Positions 27,304 to 34,191 of a stretch of 64,000 nt of DNA are shown here, one piece after another. The stretch lies in the IMG/VR virus record IMGVR_UViG_3300025147_000002. One strand, 5' to 3'. Both the position numbers and the translations under genes were made by a program. Below the pieces are notes generated by a model, which saw only the letters and a program-made list of their open reading frames with translations, had not been told where the DNA came from and searched no databases. Positions within the stretch are counted from its first letter, which is position 1; each line of letters starts with the position of its first letter. The DNA comes from a virus.

Positions 27304-27367
27304 TTCGCATTTGGAAACAACTTGAACTATATATCTATCATTTATTATTAATTTTATACTTATTACT

Positions 27368-27463
27368 ATGAAACAAGTTATCAGACTTTATAAAAATATA
27401 GTTGCACCATCTCCTCTTCCAGATGAAGATCTTTCTCTTATTATAGCTGATGGTGGTAGTTGA
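27368..27463 (+). CDS. micro-ORF A (31 aa), paralogue of micro-ORF B
   Basis: Hand-translated: MKQVIRLYKNIVAPSPLPDEDLSLIIADGGS. It is preceded by atatctatcatttat (27331-27345) and ttattactATGaaa, both of which recur upstream of micro-ORF B. Confidence 0.35.
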   Translation: MKQVIRLYKNIVAPSPLPDEDLSLIIADGGS

Positions 27464-27574
27464 CATTTAAGTTTATATCTATTGTAATATAGTTCTTTGC
27501 TTTATTTACTAAACGAAAGTAAAGTTATTAAATAATATCTATCATTTATATTTACACTTAATACATTTATTACT

Positions 27575-27670
27575 ATGAAAACTATTAGAATTTTTAATGA
27601 AACTCCTACTACACCTGAAGATGAAGATCTTCCTCCTATTAGAACTGGTGGTGGTGTGCCTCGTGTATGA
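27575..27670 (+). CDS. micro-ORF B (31 aa), paralogue of micro-ORF A
   Basis: Hand-translated: MKTIRIFNETPTTPEDEDLPPIRTGGGVPRV. Same leader elements (27535-27549). Its stop overlaps the ATG of the downstream 4-TM gene (ATGA at 27667-27670). Confidence 0.4.
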   Translation: MKTIRIFNETPTTPEDEDLPPIRTGGGVPRV

Positions 27671-28107
27671 ATAAATTAGTTTATAAAATAATAGATATTT
27701 TATCTATTGAGATTATTAAAGTAGTTCCTATTATAATCACTATGTGGTTACTAGTAGTAACTACTTTACTATTAAATCATGTTAAACATGCAGATTTAGA
27801 ATATTCTATACTTGGACATTCACTTATATATAATGTTAGTTGGTTATGTCTATCTATTAAATATAGATTTTGTATTTGGCATAGAGTATTAATATATAAT
27901 CTTATACTTATAAATATACTTGAATGGATTAATAATAGATTTCAAGTATTTACTAATAAAGAAGTAATATACACTATGACTGTATTACTTTGTGTAACTA
28001 TATTTATTTCATTAATACTTAAATTTAAATATGGGTGTATTAAAAGAGTTACCAATAATCATATTAAGAAAATTACTACTACATGCTATAGAAATGATAG
28101 ATACTAA
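27667..28107 (+). CDS. polytopic membrane protein (about 4 TM), hypothetical
   Basis: 146-aa ORF with four hydrophobic segments (VVPIIITMWLLVVTTLLL, SLIYNVSWLCLSI, VLIYNLILINILEWI, YTMTVLLCVTIFISLIL). Basic C-terminus. Confidence 0.55.
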   Translation: MNKLVYKIIDILSIEIIKVVPIIITMWLLVVTTLLLNHVKHADLEYSILGHSLIYNVSWLCLSIKYRFCIWHRVLIYNLILINILEWINNRFQVFTNKEVIYTMTVLLCVTIFISLILKFKYGCIKRVTNNHIKKITTTCYRNDRY

Positions 28108-28357
28108 TCAATGTCCTCGTATATCGGATGATGATATTATTATAATATCTAATATTTTAAATCCTCCTAAAACACTTGGTCGAGAAGCAGCAGCTAAACA
28201 TCTTAAAGTTAGTTTAACTGAATTTCATAAACTTAGAAATGATCATATTATACCTGATCCACGATCTGTTGTAGGACTTAAAGAATTACAATACTACACA
28301 TTAGATTTAGATAAATGTTTGCCATTAATACAATTACGAGCTACTAACACACGTTAG
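28094..28357 (+). CDS. HTH_17 / excisionase-MerR-like DNA-binding protein
   Basis: LGREAAAKHLKVSLTEFHKLRNDHIIPDP fits the L-x-x-EAA-x-x-L-x-VS-x-x-T-x-x-x-L-x-x-x-x-x-IP helix-turn-helix pattern. The track ORF opens at 28031. The internal ATG at 28094 cuts the overlap with the membrane gene to 14 nt. Confidence 0.55.
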   Translation: MIDTNQCPRISDDDIIIISNILNPPKTLGREAAAKHLKVSLTEFHKLRNDHIIPDPRSVVGLKELQYYTLDLDKCLPLIQLRATNTR

Positions 28358-28377
28358 TGGCTCTTTTGTTTAGTATA

Positions 28378-28385
28378 TATCTTTG
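28378..28385 (+). promoter_or_regulatory. -7 box candidate (TATCTTTG)
   Basis: Matches TAnnTTTG, 28 nt upstream of the ATG at 28414. A TTTG at 28365-28368 is only 9 nt upstream, too close to serve as a canonical -33 element. Confidence 0.35.
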
Positions 28386-28413
28386 AGTATTATTAATTTA
28401 ATACTTATAAGTT

Positions 28414-29226
28414 ATGACATTAGGTGAATCAGCCGTAGTACCCGTATTAGGTGGAAACGGCATGGGTGGAGCAGGTTTAGGTATTGGTGGTGGTGTACTT
28501 GGAGGTCTACTTGCGGGTGGATTAGGTGGTGCGCTAGTAGGTGGATTAATGGGAAATCGTGGTGGATGGGGTGGAAATGGTTATGGTGGTGGTGCTCCAG
28601 CTGCATCAGCAGTAGCATCTGAAATTGTATTAACTCCAACACTGAATGCAATTCAAAATCAAATTAATGGGATTAGTGATACACTAAATGCTCACAACAT
28701 TGATGCAGGTTTAACATCAATTAATCAGAACATCTCCGGCACATCTCGTGATTTAGGAAGAGATGTTGCTAATCTTTCGACTGCTCAGGCGAATGGTAAT
28801 TTTGTAACACTTACTTCTATCAATGGATTAGGTCGTGATGTAGCTGCACAAGCTAACCAGAATGCACTTCAACAGCTGAATAGCTTTAATAATCTTACTA
28901 CAACTACATTACAGGGTTTTAATAGTTCTGCGATGCAGATTCAAAATGCAACTAACCAAATTATTGCACAAGGTTCTGCTAATGCTGCTGCTGTTGCTAC
29001 TGGATTTTGTAATATTAGTAAAGAATTAGCAACTTGTTGTTGCGAAGTAAAACAAATGATTCAGTCAGATGGTAATCTTACTCGTGCACTTATTAATGAT
29101 ACTAACATGCAAAATCTTAGGGATCAACTTGCAACGGCTAATGGTAAAGTTAGTAACAATGAACAGAATCAGTATTTATTAAATACTATTCTTACTCATG
29201 TTAAACCTAGTTCTACAATTGTTTAA
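28414..29226 (+). CDS. glycine-zipper / N,Q-rich protein with Cys cluster, hypothetical
   Basis: N-terminal ~65 aa: GGNGMGGAGLGIGGGVLGGLLAGGLGGALVGGLMGNRGGWGGNGYGGG. This is followed by an N/Q/A-rich helical region with an internal LGRDVA repeat and a CNISKELATCCC cluster. The gene is flanked by a promoter-like box and a strong terminator. Confidence 0.7.
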   Translation: MTLGESAVVPVLGGNGMGGAGLGIGGGVLGGLLAGGLGGALVGGLMGNRGGWGGNGYGGGAPAASAVASEIVLTPTLNAIQNQINGISDTLNAHNIDAGLTSINQNISGTSRDLGRDVANLSTAQANGNFVTLTSINGLGRDVAAQANQNALQQLNSFNNLTTTTLQGFNSSAMQIQNATNQIIAQGSANAAAVATGFCNISKELATCCCEVKQMIQSDGNLTRALINDTNMQNLRDQLATANGKVSNNEQNQYLLNTILTHVKPSSTIV

Positions 29227-29234
29227 TTTAAACC

Positions 29235-29264
29235 AAAAGGAGGTGTAACAACTTCCTTTTATTT
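29235..29264 (+). terminator. rho-independent terminator
   Basis: aaaaggaggt (29235-29244), loop gtaaca, acttcctttt (29251-29260). This is a 10-bp stem with one G-U pair, and the 3' arm ends in TTTT followed by ATTT. It starts 9 nt after the stop at 29226. Confidence 0.7.
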
Positions 29265-29278
29265 AAAACTTAAAAGTC

Positions 29279-29575
29279 ATGATAAGCCCACTACCAATTG
29301 GTATATTTGCTGTTACAGTTGCAGTAGTTAATAAACATAGGTCTTTAATTAGATTTCAAAATACTTCAGCTGCACAAGTTATATATTTAAAAAAGATACC
29401 TTTAGCTGGTGTTATAACACCTGTATCTTTTTCTGATTATGAAGTTATATTATTTCCTCTTGCAAGTGTTACTGAAGTAGGAGATGATTTTTCTACAAAT
29501 TCAATATCTGGATTTCAAGCTATAAGTTCTGCTATTGGTGGAACATTAGCAATTTATGAAACTCAAAAATTATAA
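29279..29575 (+). CDS. hypothetical protein (98 aa)
   Basis: Clean ORF, first in a tight four-gene cluster. No motif recognised. Confidence 0.5.
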   Translation: MISPLPIGIFAVTVAVVNKHRSLIRFQNTSAAQVIYLKKIPLAGVITPVSFSDYEVILFPLASVTEVGDDFSTNSISGFQAISSAIGGTLAIYETQKL

Positions 29576-29578
29576 GTT

Positions 29579-29767
29579 ATGACAGATGAAACTTATCAGG
29601 AACCAGTATATAGTATACCTGTTTCTAAAGTAATGGAAATTGTTCTTACAGAAGAACGTACTAAGATACGTAAATATCTATATGATAGTTATGGTGAAAC
29701 TACAGCTAAATGTTTAGATACATATCCTATTACAGAATCTGAAATACTCAAACTTTTTAAAGCATAA
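29579..29767 (+). CDS. hypothetical protein (62 aa)
   Basis: Small ORF with 3-nt spacing on both sides. No motif recognised. Confidence 0.45.
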   Translation: MTDETYQEPVYSIPVSKVMEIVLTEERTKIRKYLYDSYGETTAKCLDTYPITESEILKLFKA

Positions 29768-29770
29768 ATA

Positions 29771-30046
29771 ATGGAAACTTTAACAGCTGATCTTGGAGTT
29801 AAACAAGTACCTGCTTATATGGCAATATCTGGTACACCTGATGTATATCCTAAAGTAGAAGATTTAACATTTAGAACATATGTAATTAGTGAAGATCAAG
29901 CACGTAGATTATTGATTGGTATTCAAGCTCTAGTTAATGCTATAGGTGCTGAACCAATAATACAAGTTGTATCAGCTATAGAAAAGAATCCCAGTTTACT
30001 TTCAAAAGCTATGAATTATTTACCTACTTTAATGAAGTTTGTATGA
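29771..30046 (+). CDS. hypothetical protein (91 aa)
   Basis: Clean ORF. ATGA overlap with the next gene. Confidence 0.5.
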   Translation: METLTADLGVKQVPAYMAISGTPDVYPKVEDLTFRTYVISEDQARRLLIGIQALVNAIGAEPIIQVVSAIEKNPSLLSKAMNYLPTLMKFV

Positions 30047-30525
30047 AAGATATAAGTAAGTTTAGAAGTATGATTGATCTTACTTCTAGTAAACCTGATG
30101 CAGATGTTTTAATGAAAGAGTTGACAACTATCATTGAAGGTCATCTTATAGATGTAAAAGAAGTTAATCCTAAACTCTATTGGGAAACTATAAATAAAAT
30201 ACATGTACTATTAAATGGTTATTCTTTTGACGAAGAATATGCTTTATACGCAGTATCACAAATGGATAATGAGGATGGCACTAAAGGTGAACATTGGAAT
30301 ATCGTAGATACAACTAATGCTGCTAGAAGTGTAGGTATAACTTTTGATAAATGTAATGAATGGGATTGGTACTATGTACTTAACATGATATATTCAGATT
30401 ATTTTAAAACTATTGTTAGTAATACTAGTATGTATATATCGTTAACTAAAGATTGGCTTATGGATAAAGATGCTCCACAAGGTAAGGCTTTCCGATATTG
30501 GTGTATGGTGTCACAACATTGTTAA
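30043..30525 (+). CDS. hypothetical protein (160 aa)
   Basis: Clean ORF, W/Y-rich. No family named with confidence. Confidence 0.55.
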   Translation: MKDISKFRSMIDLTSSKPDADVLMKELTTIIEGHLIDVKEVNPKLYWETINKIHVLLNGYSFDEEYALYAVSQMDNEDGTKGEHWNIVDTTNAARSVGITFDKCNEWDWYYVLNMIYSDYFKTIVSNTSMYISLTKDWLMDKDAPQGKAFRYWCMVSQHC

Positions 30526-30564
30526 GATGATAGTTTAGTTGTTGATTTATGTATTAGTGAATGT

Positions 30565-30597
30565 AATGGTGGACTGTCTTAACGATAGTTCACCATT
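30565..30597 (+). terminator. hairpin terminator candidate
   Basis: aatggtggac (30565-30574) pairs with gttcaccatt (30588-30597). The 10-bp stem includes one G-U pair, with a 13-nt loop, and is followed by tgtatttatatat. Confidence 0.5.
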
Positions 30598-30731
30598 TGT
30601 ATTTATATATAGGTCTTATGATCATTCTAATACGATATTGAATAGATAGTTACCTTTTGATACTATAACATAGCTATTTTAAATAGATTCATTAAACCTA
30701 TTAAAATGTAGGTAGTTATGGCAAATTATTG

Positions 30732-30739
30732 TATATTTG
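30732..30739 (+). promoter_or_regulatory. -7 box candidate (TATATTTG)
   Basis: Same 8-mer as at 4050 and 4078. It lies 24 nt upstream of the ATG at 30764, inside a 238-bp intergenic gap. No clear -33 TTTG. Confidence 0.4.
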
Positions 30740-30763
30740 TGATACTCAAATGTTAATAAGTTA

Positions 30764-31168
30764 ATGATGATACAATCTGATATACCTGTTAATTATCCTG
30801 TAGATACACTTCCATCTATACCTGGTACTGTGATAGCTACATATCAGCAACCTTTAGATTTTATGAGTATGGTAAATGTACCTTTCATAGTTTGTACTAT
30901 AACTACTATATATTTTATAATCAAAAGTATTGAAGGTGGTACAGGTAAAGCAATTAGTACATGGCGTAAGAGTGCCATCGTTATATTAGTTGGTGCTATA
31001 TATGCTACGATATTTAATATATATTTTAATGCAGATCATAGTGCATTACTTCTATCATTTGTTGTTTCTACATTTGGCTATGATATAGTAATCAAACCTT
31101 TACTACGTAAGATTGGTATTCATTATAAAGATTATAAAACAACAGATAAACCTATAACTAAAATATAA
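30764..31168 (+). CDS. membrane protein (about 3 TM), holin-like topology, hypothetical
   Basis: 134-aa ORF with segments VPFIVCTITTIYFII, IVILVGAIYATIFNIYF and LLLSFVVSTFGYDIVI. Basic C-terminus. Confidence 0.5.
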   Translation: MMIQSDIPVNYPVDTLPSIPGTVIATYQQPLDFMSMVNVPFIVCTITTIYFIIKSIEGGTGKAISTWRKSAIVILVGAIYATIFNIYFNADHSALLLSFVVSTFGYDIVIKPLLRKIGIHYKDYKTTDKPITKI

Positions 31169-31172
31169 TAGT

Positions 31173-31742
31173 ATGGCTGTTAAAAAGATTGTTGAACCTA
31201 CAGTAACAGATGCAACTATGGCAGATATTATAACCCTTATAAATGATAAATTTACAAGTTCAGATAAGTATTCTAAATTACAATTTGATGCAATTCAGTT
31301 ACAACTTAAAATAGTTACTACTGATGTAGCTAATGTAAGAGCAGAGGTTAAAGATATAAATGCTAAATTAGTACTTATAGATAAAGCTGATGCAATACAT
31401 TATTTAGCTTGTCCTAATACTCTTCAAGCACCTAAAGTAGAAACTATGCTTGCTGAATTTCCTGCTGTTAAAGATGTTACAGATGAATTAACAATTATGC
31501 GTAAATGGTTTAAACCTACTTTAATAACTAGTGCTGTAGCTATATTGGTTGCTATAATTACTTTTGGAGTTACTATATTTAAAGTACAACCAGAAGTTAA
31601 TATACTACAAGATAGAGCTACAGTTAATGCTAAAAACATTCAATCTAATACTAATGCTTTAACTGAAGAACAACTTAGACAAATTAATGGTATTCTACAT
31701 AAAGGTAATTGGGATAAAGAAAATACTACTATAAAACCATAA
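31173..31742 (+). CDS. single-pass membrane / coiled-coil protein, hypothetical
   Basis: 189-aa ORF with one central TM segment (TLITSAVAILVAIITFGVTIF) flanked by helical regions. Confidence 0.5.
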   Translation: MAVKKIVEPTVTDATMADIITLINDKFTSSDKYSKLQFDAIQLQLKIVTTDVANVRAEVKDINAKLVLIDKADAIHYLACPNTLQAPKVETMLAEFPAVKDVTDELTIMRKWFKPTLITSAVAILVAIITFGVTIFKVQPEVNILQDRATVNAKNIQSNTNALTEEQLRQINGILHKGNWDKENTTIKP

Positions 31743-31745
31743 GTT

Positions 31746-32459
31746 ATGCCAACACTTAATCAATATGCTAGTAAGATTGCTAATATGGTTGGTAGACCTG
31801 GCGATCATGAAGTTAAGGAACGTATTAAAGATGCCTTTAAAGCGACATTTGCCAATCGCATTAGACAATCATCTGAACGTAATGGTATAGATAGTATTCT
31901 TACACTTACTTATATAGCCGAAGTAGTTGAAGTAGGATTGAATAGTGCAATACCTAAACCTACAGATTATAAAACTACAATTAAAGAATTTACTACACTT
32001 AATAAAGTTCCTGTTCCTATACGTATTAAATCAGATGCTCCATTTATATCTGTAACAGATGATGATGAACGTTTTAATTTTATTAATTGTAGTAGAGCAG
32101 AGCACCGTCTCAGAGCCAGTTCCCTTCCTACAGGGATACTATGTAGCTACACTTTAATTAATAGTAAGTTAATACTTAATATTGTTACAGATGTAAAAGA
32201 TATAACGTTTAATAATTGGTGGGGTTTTGCTGCAATAGGTGACACTGTTATGCCAAAATATATTAAAATTACTGCTATATGGGAAAGTCCAGAAGATGTA
32301 CTTGGTATGTATGCAACAGATGATGGACAAGATATTGAATTACCTTTACCTAATGATATGTTAGAAGATATAATGTATCAGATACTTAAAGTAGAATTTG
32401 GTGTTATACCTAAAGAAATGGAAGTTAAGATTAATACACCTATTCCTACAACTCGTTAA
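31746..32459 (+). CDS. tail-module structural protein, hypothetical (237 aa)
   Basis: Clean ORF with tight spacing. Assignment by position only. Confidence 0.55.
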   Translation: MPTLNQYASKIANMVGRPGDHEVKERIKDAFKATFANRIRQSSERNGIDSILTLTYIAEVVEVGLNSAIPKPTDYKTTIKEFTTLNKVPVPIRIKSDAPFISVTDDDERFNFINCSRAEHRLRASSLPTGILCSYTLINSKLILNIVTDVKDITFNNWWGFAAIGDTVMPKYIKITAIWESPEDVLGMYATDDGQDIELPLPNDMLEDIMYQILKVEFGVIPKEMEVKINTPIPTTR

Positions 32460-32462
32460 GTT

Positions 32463-33290
32463 ATGGACAAAGAAGATTTTTATGAGGATTTTGTTAATCT
32501 CAATTTGATTAAACTTGATGATCTTATTAAAGAACTTCATATTGCTCATCTTACACGTAATTATTTATATACTTCATTGTTAGATAATGAAGATGCCATA
32601 TCTAGTTCAGGTATTAATTTTAAAGTTATATTAGAATTAGTTCAATATGATATTAGACATGCTCAACCTGATATTAGTAAATTAGATATGGGTGATAAGA
32701 CTAGAACTAAACTTGCAGGTATGACTATTACAAGTTTATTTTATACAGTTAATCAACGTATACCCGCACTTATAAAACAAATCAAATTTATACAAGTACT
32801 TAGTAGAATACCTAGAGATTTATATTATACTCTACAAGAAACTATTAATTGGAATATTAGTAATGCTATACTTAAAGGTGATTATTATAATTTTGGTAGA
32901 GGTCTTGGTAGAGTAGTAATTAAGTTTTGTCAACGTAATTTTAAGAAACTTGTTATAGATTGGGGTAGTAGTATTAAATTTAAAGACAATTTAGTTAGTC
33001 GTGGTATACAACCTTATAGTGCTAATAGTGGAGGTGCTAAATGGTTTATATATCATACCGATGATGACTTCTGTTACTGGTCATGGATAAAGTCAGGATG
33101 CACAATCAAACATTATAGGTACTACACTTTCAGAGCAATACGTACAGGTAAAGCAGGTATGGAAGATTGGTGTAAAGATAAAACAATACCCGAAGTATTA
33201 GCTATAAAGAATCTTGGTAACTTTGATCGTATGATGGCTATAATTCGTATTAATCCAAAACATAAACAACTATATCAAAATGCAGTATAA
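32463..33290 (+). CDS. tail-module structural protein, hypothetical (275 aa)
   Basis: Clean ORF. Assignment by position only. Confidence 0.55.
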   Translation: MDKEDFYEDFVNLNLIKLDDLIKELHIAHLTRNYLYTSLLDNEDAISSSGINFKVILELVQYDIRHAQPDISKLDMGDKTRTKLAGMTITSLFYTVNQRIPALIKQIKFIQVLSRIPRDLYYTLQETINWNISNAILKGDYYNFGRGLGRVVIKFCQRNFKKLVIDWGSSIKFKDNLVSRGIQPYSANSGGAKWFIYHTDDDFCYWSWIKSGCTIKHYRYYTFRAIRTGKAGMEDWCKDKTIPEVLAIKNLGNFDRMMAIIRINPKHKQLYQNAV

Positions 33291-34191
33291 TTATATAAAT
33301 AGTAAACAAGTTGTATTAGAAGCTGTAGATAATTTTAATATACAGAGTTTTGAATTTCTTGGTAGAGTACCTATGTGGATTATTAATTGTCTTAATGATT
33401 TACATATATATCAAGTATATGTAGATAGATTTGCTGAAATACCATTTAATAATTATAGATGTAAACTACCAGATCATTGTAAACGTATTAATGGAGTACT
33501 TGTAAATGGTCATAAAGCTGATTACAAAGATACTGTATTTGATGGTTATCGTAAAGAAACTATTACTCCACTGAATCGTCCTGTACTTACTGTAGGATCC
33601 ACAGAAGGTATGGACGTACTTGTTCAAAGTCCTACTTACAGTCCAGAAGATGCTCCGCTGGCTGTAGTAGGCACAAGTAATGGTATATATAATCCAGGTG
33701 GTCTATATGATAATAATACAGGTAAATATGTAGGTGGTTCAGCATTTGACATTCCTAGATTTACTAGTAATCTTTTAGCTGAATCAGGTTATACATATAC
33801 ACTTAATAATGGATGGATGCACTTAGACGTAGAAGAAGGTACTGTAACACTTGCTTATGCTTCTATGCCTATTGATCTTGATGTAGATAGTAAATTATAT
33901 TATCCTTTAATACCTGATGTAGAACCTTTAAAAGAAGCTATTAGATGGTATGTAATGCGTATATTATTATATCGTGGTTATATACATCCTCTATTTAATC
34001 TTAAAGAGAACAATGTATATACTAATCCAGGTATGGCTTATGATAAAGTTAAACCTATTGCTAGAGTTAAATGTAATGCTATGAATTTAGATAGACGTAA
34101 GAATCTAGCTAATGTTATGAATACATTTATTAAACAACAAGATGTAGCAGTTAATCATTCAATGAACTATGGAACTTACAAAGAAGCTTAA
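33280..34191 (+). CDS. tail-module structural protein, hypothetical (303 aa)
   Basis: Clean ORF overlapping both neighbours by 11 nt and 23 nt. Assignment by position only. Confidence 0.55.
   Translation: MQYNYINSKQVVLEAVDNFNIQSFEFLGRVPMWIINCLNDLHIYQVYVDRFAEIPFNNYRCKLPDHCKRINGVLVNGHKADYKDTVFDGYRKETITPLNRPVLTVGSTEGMDVLVQSPTYSPEDAPLAVVGTSNGIYNPGGLYDNNTGKYVGGSAFDIPRFTSNLLAESGYTYTLNNGWMHLDVEEGTVTLAYASMPIDLDVDSKLYYPLIPDVEPLKEAIRWYVMRILLYRGYIHPLFNLKENNVYTNPGMAYDKVKPIARVKCNAMNLDRRKNLANVMNTFIKQQDVAVNHSMNYGTYKEA

Noticed and set aside
28094-28357. Excisionase, implying a lysogeny module
   Set aside because: The HTH_17 fold is shared by many regulators. No integrase, recombinase or attachment-site-like repeat occurs in the window, so only a generic DNA-binding call is justified.
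28412-28651. His-rich 79-aa ORF antisense to the glycine-zipper gene
   Set aside because: It is a mirror image of the GGT/GGA-rich glycine tract on the plus strand (ACC/ATG/GTG-type complements give H/P/L/Q runs). The sense ORF is long and has its own promoter and terminator.
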